From Thermomicrobiales bacterium (GTDB taxonomy: Bacteria; Chloroflexota; Chloroflexia; Thermomicrobiales; UBA6265): a stretch of DNA of 64,000 nucleotides. Below the pieces are notes generated by a model. It searched no databases, was not told the origin of the DNA, and saw only the letters and a program-made list of their open reading frames with translations. The stretch is from positions 3,750-67,749 of the forward strand of contig JBHOQQ010000136.1 of assembly GCA_042408955.1 (NCBI GenBank), written 5' to 3'. The position numbers and the translations under genes are program-made. The first letter of the stretch is position 1, and each line of letters begins with the position of its first letter. Shown piece after piece: positions 1 to 8,635 of this stretch.

Positions 1-152
1 GTTCGCATGCCTCATAAGTCCTGCCATCGCTCTGCCGTTCTCTGTCCTCATGATGTCACTCATGGCAGGCGAGGCTAGCCAGACTCTCGCCAATTGACGA
101 CTATCCAATGCCGTGAAAGGATCAAGCAGTCTGGCAACCTGGGAGTGCAGAG

Positions 153-1145
153 ATGACGCAACGGGGCCACATCTGCATCACCATCGTCTTGCTCATGACG
201 CTCGTTGGGCCGGGACGAGCCATGGCCCAGGACCTGTTTCCTGCGTCTCAGCCAGGAAGTCCCCAATCGGTCATTCTCGTCGCGAGTCGCCTCCATTATG
301 ATGCTGCTGGACCCTCCTCGCTGACCGTCGTCGAGCTGACCATTCCCCCTGGAGCATCCGCGGTGGCAGGGGATGATCCCGGACCGTTGCTCATGTTTGT
401 GCGCTCTGGCACGCTCGTGCTTCAAATCCCTCGCGACGCTGCCGCAAGGGATCAGGTGCGCGCTATGATGGGTCAGCGTTTGGTTTTCCTGGATGGCCGC
501 CGTCTCCGCGTGCAGAACCCGGGCAATCTGCCTGCTCAGGTCGTAGTGGCTTCGCTTACCTCGCCTGCACTCGCGAAGGCGCAAGCAAGCGTCGAGTCGA
601 AGGGAGACTACGAAATGCGATACGTTTCTCGTGCTATTGCTGCCGGATATGCACTCGCCTTGCTGCTCACTGTTGCGCTGAGCCCGGAAACGAAGCAAGG
701 GCTTGCGCAGACGCCCACGGCCTCGCCAACGCCCGCATTTAGTATTGACCTCATCGCGCACGCGGAGTTGGGCCCGCTTCCGCCAGGCGAGGTTCTGATC
801 ACGGTGTCTGAGGTAGTCATCCCCGCTGGCGTCCCAACCCGCCCAATTTCGGCAATGCGCGGACCAGTCGTCCTGCGGGTTACCCGCGGCACGCTTGTCT
901 TGGACGCGACCGAGGCGATCGTCACCACCGTCGTTCCGCCCATCGGACCGCTGATGCCGGAGATTCCCCCACCCGCTCCCGTCACAAATCGCGCGCTCGC
1001 CTCCTCCGATCAGGTGGTGCTCCCGCAGGGAGCCACGGCGCGAATCATGAATCCCGGGCCGGACCGCGCGGTGGTGACCATCATCTCCCTAACAAGTCTT
1101 GAATCTGTGCCGCCTGGCACACCGGAAGCCACACCCGTTTCGTAG
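153..1145 (+). CDS. secreted or membrane-anchored protein built from two tandem cupin-like repeats (function unknown)
   Basis: 330-aa ORF with an N-terminal hydrophobic signal-like segment (ICITIVLLMTLVGPGRAMA). The two halves align to each other (TIPPGASA..RSGTLVLQ..NPGNLPAQVVVASLTSP versus VIPAGVPT..TRGTLVLD..NPGPDRAVVTIISLTSL). The antisense ORF 75..761 looks like a high-GC shadow. Confidence 0.6.
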   Translation: MTQRGHICITIVLLMTLVGPGRAMAQDLFPASQPGSPQSVILVASRLHYDAAGPSSLTVVELTIPPGASAVAGDDPGPLLMFVRSGTLVLQIPRDAAARDQVRAMMGQRLVFLDGRRLRVQNPGNLPAQVVVASLTSPALAKAQASVESKGDYEMRYVSRAIAAGYALALLLTVALSPETKQGLAQTPTASPTPAFSIDLIAHAELGPLPPGEVLITVSEVVIPAGVPTRPISAMRGPVVLRVTRGTLVLDATEAIVTTVVPPIGPLMPEIPPPAPVTNRALASSDQVVLPQGATARIMNPGPDRAVVTIISLTSLESVPPGTPEATPVS

Positions 1146-1394
1146 CCTGGCCGGGCGCTGGCCGCCAACCCGGCTGCTTGGTCACGAACGACGGCAGTTC
1201 CGAGCATGTGTTGGCACCCGCATGCCGCCGGGACGGACTAGCGTCACCGTTGCCGCCGGGCCAGCGCGAACTCGCTTACATGTACGGACGCATCGGTACG
1301 TATCCGTTCAATTGACTCCTGCCTACCGGGTGTCTATGATCGCGATAGTCGTGGTCTGGGGAGAATACAACAGGCGCTGTGTTTCGTTATTGCG

Positions 1395-1433
1395 CATCGT
1401 GCATTGACTGATTTCAACTGGAATTGCACGATG
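1395..1433 (+). promoter_or_regulatory. 9-bp inverted repeat bracketing a -35-like TTGACT upstream of the glycosyltransferase genes
   Basis: CATCGTGCA (1395-1403) and its exact complement TGCACGATG (1425-1433) flank TTGACT (1404-1409), in a locally AT-richer ORF-free stretch. The -10 candidate is weak. Confidence 0.25.
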
Positions 1434-1530
1434 AGCTCAGTGATGATCCGGCCCACGGGTCATCGGCATCGTGGTCACAGCGTTCCCCCACGCCAACTGG
1501 CTTTGATAGCCGCTCTGCGGAGCGCAGGTT

Positions 1531-2799
1531 GTGGTGGCGCTTCCATTGCTCCGATGCTCCGAGGCGCTGGGCTCGTATGATACTGCGATTGGACGGCGCG
1601 CGGTGACCGGTACTCTCGTTAACCTTAACCTTTGGACTAGCGATCTCCGCGCGAGCCCGATTGTGGCTCAGGCGCGCTCAGGCACTCGCTCACTCCGCGT
1701 CGTGCTCGTGTCAGCACGTTATGTTCCGGATATCGGCGGAACGGAGATCCACACCAAGGAGCTTGCCGAACGCCTCGCACTGCGAGGTCATCGCGTCACC
1801 GTGCTGGCAACCGATCTTGAACACGAGGCGCCGCCCTGCGAGCTAATCAATGGCGTCGAAGTCCGCAGAATCCGGGCATGGCCGTCTGGCCGGGACTACT
1901 ACTTCGCGCCCGGACTCTTTCGCGCAGTCGCCCAGGGCGAATGGGATATCGTGCACCTCCAGGGATACCACACCTTCGTCGCCCCGATTACCATGCTAGC
2001 CGCTCGCCGTGCGCGTCTGCCTTACGTCGTCGCGTTTCACAGCGGCGGCCATTCGTCCTGGCTACGCCGTGCGCTACGTCGTCCCCAGCGGCGGCTCCTT
2101 CGCCCGCTCCTGGCTGGCGCTGAATTCCTCGTTGCCAGCTCTGCTGCCGAGGCGCATTTCTTCCAGCAAGCATTGCGCCAGCCCCCGGAACGCTTCCGGG
2201 TAATTCCCATCGTGGCACATCTTCCCGTCGTCGCGCTACCTGAGCCAGCGTCGGATGGCAGAACCCTGATCGTCTCGGTCGGCCGCCTGGAGCGGTATAA
2301 GGGACATCATCGCCTGATCGAGGCACTTCCGCTGATCTTGGAGCGTGTCCCAAACGTCCACCTGCGGATCGTTGGCGATGGTCCGTACCTGCCAGCGCTC
2401 CAGAGTCTGGCCCACGAGCTCGATGTCGCGGACCACGTCGAGATCAGAGGCATTCCGTCCTCGCACCGGGAAGACATGGCTCGGTTGCTGTTGCGAGCTT
2501 CGCTGTTCGTCTCGCTCAGTGAATATGAATCCGCGGGAATCGCCGTGCGAGAAGCGCTATCCCTAAAGAGACCCGTTCTTGTCACCGAGCTTCCCAGCTA
2601 TGCTGACTTGATAGGCGCCCCAGGAGTCCACACGATTCCCGGCGGAAGCACGCACGAAGCGATCGCGAGCGCAGTCGTGGATTGCCTACGGGAGCCTCTC
2701 GTTGCCGAGGCCGTGACGATGCCTACCTGGGATGCGTGTGTGCAATCGTATGAGGCCTTGTATCTAGCGGCGATGCAGAGGGCACGGTGCGTATCGTAA
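1531..2799 (+). CDS. glycosyltransferase family 4 (GT-B fold)
   Basis: N-terminal RVVLVSARYVPDIGGTEIHTKELAERLALRGHRVTVLATD and an EX7E motif (EYESAGIAVREA). Start uncertain: the ORF opens at 1531, and an in-frame GTG at 1663 gives a more typical N-terminus. Confidence 0.85.
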   Translation: MVALPLLRCSEALGSYDTAIGRRAVTGTLVNLNLWTSDLRASPIVAQARSGTRSLRVVLVSARYVPDIGGTEIHTKELAERLALRGHRVTVLATDLEHEAPPCELINGVEVRRIRAWPSGRDYYFAPGLFRAVAQGEWDIVHLQGYHTFVAPITMLAARRARLPYVVAFHSGGHSSWLRRALRRPQRRLLRPLLAGAEFLVASSAAEAHFFQQALRQPPERFRVIPIVAHLPVVALPEPASDGRTLIVSVGRLERYKGHHRLIEALPLILERVPNVHLRIVGDGPYLPALQSLAHELDVADHVEIRGIPSSHREDMARLLLRASLFVSLSEYESAGIAVREALSLKRPVLVTELPSYADLIGAPGVHTIPGGSTHEAIASAVVDCLREPLVAEAVTMPTWDACVQSYEALYLAAMQRARCVS

Positions 2800-4010
2800 T
2801 GGTGTCTGACTTTTACCCCCCAGCGGCTGGCGGTGTCGAGCACCATGTGCAGCATCTCAGCCACGCGCTCGCTCGCCGCGGCCATCAGGTGACGGTCGCC
2901 ACGCTCCAATGGCCCGGTACCCCCGCGGTCGGGTGCGATGGGGAGGTGCAGGTCCGGCGCATTCGCACCACGAGCCAGCGCATCCACTCCCTGTTTTCGT
3001 CCGACCGCATGTGGGCTCCTCCTGTGCCCGATCCCGAGGCGGTGAGGTGTCTACGCTCGATCATCCGCGAGGCACGCCCCGATGTCGTGCACGGGCATGA
3101 CTGGCTCACACGCTCGTTCCTTCCATTGAAGCGATGGAGCCACGCCGCATTGGTGGTCACGCTTCATTACTTTAACCAGACCTGTGCCAAGAAAAGTCTC
3201 ATGTACCGTGGCCGCCCATGTTCCGGTCCCTCTCTAGGTAAATGCATTGCCTGCGCCGCGAATCACTATGGGCGCTTGAAAGGACCGGCAGTCGCCGCCG
3301 GCAACTGGCTCGGCAGCAGGGCGGAGCGTGCGCTTGTTGATCGGGTCATCGCGGTGAGCCAGGATGTCGCACGCGGTAACAACCTCAATCGAGATGAGCA
3401 GTCAGTTGATGTCATCCCAAATTTCATTGCTGACGATGACCCTATCGGCCAACCGCTCGTTGACGCGTACCTTCGCCAATTGCCTCGAGATGAGTTCATT
3501 CTCTTCGTCGGCGATCTCCGTCGCGAGAAGGGCGTTGCTGTGTTGTTAGAAGCGTATGCGGGCCTCGATGATGCCCCTCCTCTCGTCTTGATAGGCAAGG
3601 CATGGCCCGATGCTCCACGCGGGTTCCCTCCACGGGTTCACGCCCTCGGGGAATGGCCACACGCGGCAGTCCTCGCGGCCTGGGAGCGCTGCCTCTTTGG
3701 CGTGGTCCCCTCGGTATGGCCGGAGCCCTTTGGCATGGTTCTCATCGAGGCCATGTCTCGCGGAAAGCCGGCCATCGCGTCCAGGATTGGCGGCATTCCG
3801 GAGGTTGTTGTGGACGGGGAGACGGCGCTCCTTGTCCCTCCTGGCGACCCGCAGGCACTACGCGACGCCATGGACAGGCTTATTCAGTTCCCTGATCTCT
3901 GCGACCGGATGGGTCGAGCCGCCCGTGTTCGATCGCTGGAGTTCCGCGAAGCGGCCGTGGTTCCTCGCATTGTGCTGGCATATGAATCAGCCATCCAGGC
4001 ACGACACTGA
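2787..4010 (+). CDS. glycosyltransferase family 4 (GT-B fold)
   Basis: MRIVMVSDFYPPAAGGVEHHVQHLSHALARRGHQVTVATL and an EX7E motif (EPFGMVLIEA). The GTG start overlaps the preceding stop by 13 nt. Confidence 0.9.
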   Translation: MRIVMVSDFYPPAAGGVEHHVQHLSHALARRGHQVTVATLQWPGTPAVGCDGEVQVRRIRTTSQRIHSLFSSDRMWAPPVPDPEAVRCLRSIIREARPDVVHGHDWLTRSFLPLKRWSHAALVVTLHYFNQTCAKKSLMYRGRPCSGPSLGKCIACAANHYGRLKGPAVAAGNWLGSRAERALVDRVIAVSQDVARGNNLNRDEQSVDVIPNFIADDDPIGQPLVDAYLRQLPRDEFILFVGDLRREKGVAVLLEAYAGLDDAPPLVLIGKAWPDAPRGFPPRVHALGEWPHAAVLAAWERCLFGVVPSVWPEPFGMVLIEAMSRGKPAIASRIGGIPEVVVDGETALLVPPGDPQALRDAMDRLIQFPDLCDRMGRAARVRSLEFREAAVVPRIVLAYESAIQARH

Positions 4011-5085
4011 CAGACAGCGCCTCCTCCCCTCCGGGTCGCGAACGGCACTTCCAGCGCGGCCACTCGTCAGCATCATCGTGAACAACTACAATTACGGCCG
4101 CTTCTTGCCTCACGCGATTCTCAGTGCGCTCAACCAATCCTATGGCCGGCGTGAAGTGATCGTGGTCGACGACGGCTCGACGGACGATTCACATGCGGTC
4201 ATTGCTGAATTCGGAGCACGCATCATTCCCATCTTGAAGCCGCACGGTGGACAAGCCTCGGCCCTGAACGCTGGCTTTGCCCACTGCGCGGGTGATATCG
4301 TGATCTTCCTCGATGCAGACGATTTCCTGGCATCAGACGCTGTTGAGCGTTATGTCCATGCGTTCCACCAGTGGCCTCACGCTGCCAGAGTGCAGAGCCG
4401 GCTGGCGATCGTCGATGAGCTTGGTCAGCCCCAGGGAGAATACATTCCGCGCAGGGTGGTCAAGTTCGCCGGCAGTGACCTTCGCGGCCAGGCACTGAGG
4501 TACCCAGATGACCTGCCATGGGCGGCGATGAGCGGAAATGCATTTCCCCGGTGGGTCCTTCAACTTATCACTCCGATACCCACCGATAGCTACCCAGGCA
4601 TCGGCGCCGACATGTACCTCTTGAATGTCACACCACTCTTCGGACCGATTGTCTCCCTCGACGAAATCGGTGGCTACTACCGGGCACATGGTCGCAATGC
4701 GTTCCACCGCTCCCGCCTCGATCTCGCGCAAACTCGCCTTTTGATCAGTCTCAGCATTGCGACGCATCGCGAGATGGCTAGGCTTGCTCCCGTTGCGGGG
4801 CTCGCATGCGACTCACGCGAGCGCATCGGTCAACATTCCCTCACTCTGCTCGCTCATCGCATGATCTCGAAAAAGTTGGACCCGAACGAGCATCCCATCG
4901 CCAGTGACACCCTCCCCGGCATCTGCCTCGCGGCGCTCAAAGCGGCGGCGGCTCGTCACGACCGCTCACCGCTGGCGCGCGCTGCCTACGCCGCGTGGCA
5001 TCTGCTCATGGCGATCTCCCCTACGCCGTTGGCACGCAACCTTGCGGCACTTCCTTTCAGCAACATCGCCCGGCGTAGAAGGTGA
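3982..5085 (+). CDS. glycosyltransferase family 2
   Basis: LVSIIVNNYNYGRFLPHAILSALNQSYGRREVIVVDDGSTDDS and FLDADDF. ATG 3982 is chosen because the upstream part of ORF 3610..5085 lies over the GT4 coding frame; it overlaps the GT4 end by 29 nt. Confidence 0.85.
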   Translation: MNQPSRHDTDRQRLLPSGSRTALPARPLVSIIVNNYNYGRFLPHAILSALNQSYGRREVIVVDDGSTDDSHAVIAEFGARIIPILKPHGGQASALNAGFAHCAGDIVIFLDADDFLASDAVERYVHAFHQWPHAARVQSRLAIVDELGQPQGEYIPRRVVKFAGSDLRGQALRYPDDLPWAAMSGNAFPRWVLQLITPIPTDSYPGIGADMYLLNVTPLFGPIVSLDEIGGYYRAHGRNAFHRSRLDLAQTRLLISLSIATHREMARLAPVAGLACDSRERIGQHSLTLLAHRMISKKLDPNEHPIASDTLPGICLAALKAAAARHDRSPLARAAYAAWHLLMAISPTPLARNLAALPFSNIARRRR

Positions 5086-5224
5086 GACCTCACCACGGCC
5101 GCTTTGGTCATGTTGGTGACACGTCGCTGCCCATCGTCATAGCGGCTCACCGACCGGGAGTCGCGGTATGCTCCCCGTCCACTACTATGTGCCGACCCGG
5201 AAAGGTGACGAGCGTTTCAAAGGA

Positions 5225-6130
5225 TCAGAGGGGATCGAGATACACCGGCATGCGCCTAGCGCCCTTGATCATGCCCCAAGGCAGCGTGTGGAGATAGCAC
5301 CAACCACTGTGGAACCGCTCCCAGCGGCGCTGGAGCAGTCCAATGATCATCGGGCGCAACCCAAGGTGCCAGGCGATTCGAGGCACGAGTCCAGCAGCAT
5401 ACACGTCACCTTGCCGCACATGCGTGATGAGGAATGCTCCGAGGCCAAACCCATAGCCGTGCTCGACTCGCGCTGCTTCCTCACGAGAGCGCCATTGCTC
5501 GTGATAGACGACCGCTTCTGGCACGTAGCGTAGCCGCAAGCCCCGTCGTAGCGCCCGGTAAACAAAGTCGGTATCCTCCGCGGACGGGAAGGCGGTGCCC
5601 GCCCCGAGCCCCTCATCGAATCCACCGAGCTCACGGAACACCGAGGCTCGCACGCAGAGGTTGCCGCTTCGATCAATCGTCCCCACAGGATTCCGCAAGC
5701 GCTCAAACAAACGTGGCTGACCAGCACGTTGCAGTCCTAACGAGATCGCACCCGCCTGGGACGGCGGGGGCAAGATGCATCCACCAGCCGCCGCTAGGCT
5801 GGGATCATCCGCAAAGTGGCGCAAATAGCATTGTAACCAAGATGGATGCACCGTACAGTCATCATCCACAAACGCAAGGAGATCAGCGCCGGTCCATGCT
5901 GCGCCAGCATTACGGGCCGCAGCCGCACCGCGGCGGGGCGTGCACCCAACGGTGACGGTTGGATATCGCTGCTGGATGACATCGGCTAGCCTTGGCCGCT
6001 CATCCCCTTGGAACACGACGTACATCTCATCGGGCAGAACAGTCATGGCCAAAAGGCTGTCAAGGCAGCGGCAGAGCAGGCGTTCCCGGCCTGCCGTTGG
6101 GACAATCACCGCTGTGCGCATCTTTCTCAT
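5225..6130 (-). CDS. glycosyltransferase family 2
   Basis: AVIVPTAGRERLLCRCLDSL and an FVDDDC DxD motif. Its start overlaps the stop of the upstream gene by 4 nt (6127-6130). Confidence 0.85.
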   Translation of the reverse strand: MRKMRTAVIVPTAGRERLLCRCLDSLLAMTVLPDEMYVVFQGDERPRLADVIQQRYPTVTVGCTPRRGAAAARNAGAAWTGADLLAFVDDDCTVHPSWLQCYLRHFADDPSLAAAGGCILPPPSQAGAISLGLQRAGQPRLFERLRNPVGTIDRSGNLCVRASVFRELGGFDEGLGAGTAFPSAEDTDFVYRALRRGLRLRYVPEAVVYHEQWRSREEAARVEHGYGFGLGAFLITHVRQGDVYAAGLVPRIAWHLGLRPMIIGLLQRRWERFHSGWCYLHTLPWGMIKGARRMPVYLDPL

Positions 6131-7878
6131 CCCGCTGAGCGAGGCAGCCCGCGCACGGCACGGCCTGGCATTCCCAACCCAAAACCCAAGAGCCCTTTCA
6201 GATCGAATCCGGTCTGAACCATCAGCCGAAAGCTCAGCATGCTGGTGCTCCGCATCACTGCTGCCCGCTCGAGCGCATACCGTGGCGCGCCAGGAGTGGC
6301 CACCCGGGCGCCCAGGCTGACCGCGACGCGGAATTGCGCCTCTGCTACCGCCTTGGCGACCTCCGGGGAAAGCTCGCCAAACGGATAGGCAAAACTCGTT
6401 ACCTCCTGACCAAGGGCTTCCTCCAAGGCCCTGCGCCCCTCGTCGAGATCGCGAACCAGATCATCCGCACTCACGGCGGTGAGATCGTCGTGACGGTTGG
6501 AGTGAAGACCGATCTCCCAGCCCGCCTCACGCAGCGAGCGCAAGTGTTCCCAACTTGCCAGCGGAGCCATCTCGCCGCCATAGGCGGCATCCCAGCACGC
6601 CGTCTTCCCTACCAGCGACGGCACCACGAAGACCGTCGCCACGAAGCCATACTCGGCGAGGATCGGAGCCGCCGTGGTAACGGTGTCAAGGTAGCCATCG
6701 TCAAAGGTGATGACAACCACCTTATCCAGGGGCGTGCCACGCGCGAACGCTTCAAGGAGAGCGGTGAGGGTGATGGTTCGGTAGCCGTGACGGTGAAGCC
6801 AGTTCATCTGCCGCCGGAACATCGCCGGCCGAACCGCCCACTCGGCTAACCCTGGATTGGGATGCTCGCAGACGCGGTGATAACAAAGAATCCGCGCGCT
6901 GAACCGGCAGATTGCTCGGGTTTCGACGCTAGTCCCGATCGCCTGCCGCACACCGCTCCAAAATGCCACACGCCAACTCAGAAACGCGAAGCGGCGCAAC
7001 ATCTCGGGCGGAACTACGGGGCGCACGATCGACGTCAGCCACAATGTCGAGGCACTGACGCGCAATGCCGCTGTGGGAAATTGAATCGCAAACTGTGCCG
7101 CGAGCCGTCCGGTCCACGTCGCATCATGCAAGCCGCTAATATCAAGACTCGATGTCAAGTACGGGTATTTGCGCATCAGGATGAGCTGCGAACGCCCTTC
7201 CTGCCAGGCATGCCGCAGCCATTGCTTGCGTGTGACCGGCGACCGGTGATAGACCAGCGCGTCGGGTGCGTAGGCAAAGATGGCGCCACACGCGAGCAAG
7301 CGCTGACCCATGTCCCAATCTTCGCATCCATAACCGGTGAACGACTCATCAAACCGGCCGGCTACGTCGAGAAGGCGTCTCTTGACGGAAAGGTTGCCGG
7401 CAAAGACGTCAGTTGCTCGAATGGTGACGCCGGGAGCCATCAGGGCTGCATGCCGGTCCCGATAGAAAGCCTCTTCGAGCTCGGCTATTGCACGAGGTGT
7501 TCCCTCCAAAGTAACCGGCTCGATTCTGCCGAGCACAGCATCGGCAGATTGGTGCGCGCGCCAGTGAGCACGCACGAGGTCAGGCCCAGGCAGCACATCA
7601 TCGTCGAGGAAGAGAACGATCGAGCCGGCCGCTCGGGCAAGACCGGCGTTCCGGGCACCTGCGCGTCCGCGATTCTCTTGCTGCCAGAGGCAGACGCGTG
7701 CGTCCCGTCCGGTAATAGCGGCGGCCAGTGCTTCGGCGGAGCCATCGGTTGAGCCATCAAGGACGACGATGATTTCCGTGGTTAGCGCGGGATCATCTTG
7801 GTCGAGCAGCGCTTTCACCAATGCGCAGACGGAATCACGCCGGTTGTACGATGGGATGACGATGCTGACATCAACCAT
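6127..7878 (-). CDS. bifunctional glycosyltransferase family 2 / polysaccharide deacetylase (CE4, NodB-homology) fusion
   Basis: N-terminal GT2 (MVDVSIVIPSYNRRDSV.., VVLDGSTDGS, LFLDDDV, GCEDWDMGQRL), a central hydrophobic segment, and a C-terminal CE4 domain with ITFDDGY, HSNRH and AYPFG motifs. Start taken at Met76 of the ORF (7878), 10 nt after the upstream stop. Confidence 0.85.
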   Translation of the reverse strand: MVDVSIVIPSYNRRDSVCALVKALLDQDDPALTTEIIVVLDGSTDGSAEALAAAITGRDARVCLWQQENRGRAGARNAGLARAAGSIVLFLDDDVLPGPDLVRAHWRAHQSADAVLGRIEPVTLEGTPRAIAELEEAFYRDRHAALMAPGVTIRATDVFAGNLSVKRRLLDVAGRFDESFTGYGCEDWDMGQRLLACGAIFAYAPDALVYHRSPVTRKQWLRHAWQEGRSQLILMRKYPYLTSSLDISGLHDATWTGRLAAQFAIQFPTAALRVSASTLWLTSIVRPVVPPEMLRRFAFLSWRVAFWSGVRQAIGTSVETRAICRFSARILCYHRVCEHPNPGLAEWAVRPAMFRRQMNWLHRHGYRTITLTALLEAFARGTPLDKVVVITFDDGYLDTVTTAAPILAEYGFVATVFVVPSLVGKTACWDAAYGGEMAPLASWEHLRSLREAGWEIGLHSNRHDDLTAVSADDLVRDLDEGRRALEEALGQEVTSFAYPFGELSPEVAKAVAEAQFRVAVSLGARVATPGAPRYALERAAVMRSTSMLSFRLMVQTGFDLKGLLGFGLGMPGRAVRGLPRSAG

Positions 7879-7888
7879 GGCGTATGTC

Positions 7889-8635
7889 CTACAGTGAGTC
7901 TTCAGAACGCGCAACGCCGGTGCGAGACAGGAGCCGTTGCGCGAGCGGTGAGGCGCGAATCCGGTTACGCGCGACGCGCTGGGCAGTGGGCAGCGCGGCA
8001 AGGAGGCCGAGCCGAACCCGCTCGGCCCAACGCAGCCAGGCTGGAACCACGGGGGGCGCAGAGCGCACGAGCAAGATTTCGTAATCATCGGTCGCGTGCT
8101 CATCTACCACTGGCAAACCAATCACGTGGGTAAAGAGCCGGTGCAAGCGCTCTGCTCCGCCCTCGCCGAAAATGTCATCCCAGGTTCGTGTGTACTCTTG
8201 CCACGTGTGCACCAGCACGAGATCGCCACCAGGCTTCAGCCAACTGGCGATTTTGCGCGCGACACGCGTTCGCTGCCACGGTGGAATGTAATAGAGAACC
8301 TCAGAGCAGAAGATGACGTCAAAGCGCTCTGGCAAATCCTCGCGGATGAAATCAAAGACACGAAAGCTGACCCCCGGCAGATCTGCGCACCGATTGTGCG
8401 CCCGCGCGATCGCTGTCGCCGAAACATCCACGCCAAGGAGCCGGTCAACACGCCCGGCGGCCATGCGCGTAAAGACGCCCTCGCTACAGCCAATCTCCAA
8501 TCCGGTGGCATACCGAGCTTGAGGCAGGATCGCCAACGTAGCCGCGTACTTCGCATGCTCGTATGGATCGCGCGCGTAGTCCCATGGATCTTCCTGCTCG
8601 GCGTACATTTGCTCAAGCTGATCTTGCGGGCTCAC
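7889..8635 (-). CDS. class I SAM-dependent methyltransferase, NodS-like
   Basis: EDPWDYARDPYEHAKY N-terminus, SAM motif LEIGCSEGVF, FCSEVLYYI, LKPGGDLVLV. GTG 8635 is preceded by GAGGAGGGAGG and forms a GTGA overlap with the flippase stop. Alternative starts are 8686 and 8608. Confidence 0.8.
   Translation of the reverse strand: MSPQDQLEQMYAEQEDPWDYARDPYEHAKYAATLAILPQARYATGLEIGCSEGVFTRMAAGRVDRLLGVDVSATAIARAHNRCADLPGVSFRVFDFIREDLPERFDVIFCSEVLYYIPPWQRTRVARKIASWLKPGGDLVLVHTWQEYTRTWDDIFGEGGAERLHRLFTHVIGLPVVDEHATDDYEILLVRSAPPVVPAWLRWAERVRLGLLAALPTAQRVARNRIRASPLAQRLLSRTGVARSEDSL

Noticed and set aside
75-761. 228-aa minus-strand ORF at the left edge
   Set aside because: It is antisense to the internally duplicated, signal-bearing plus-strand ORF, and its Arg-rich composition is typical of a shadow frame.
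3610-3981. N-terminal 124 codons of ORF 3610..5085
   Set aside because: This stretch overlaps the well-supported GT4 gene in another frame and is Ser/Arg/Pro-rich. GT2 homology begins only after ATG 3982.
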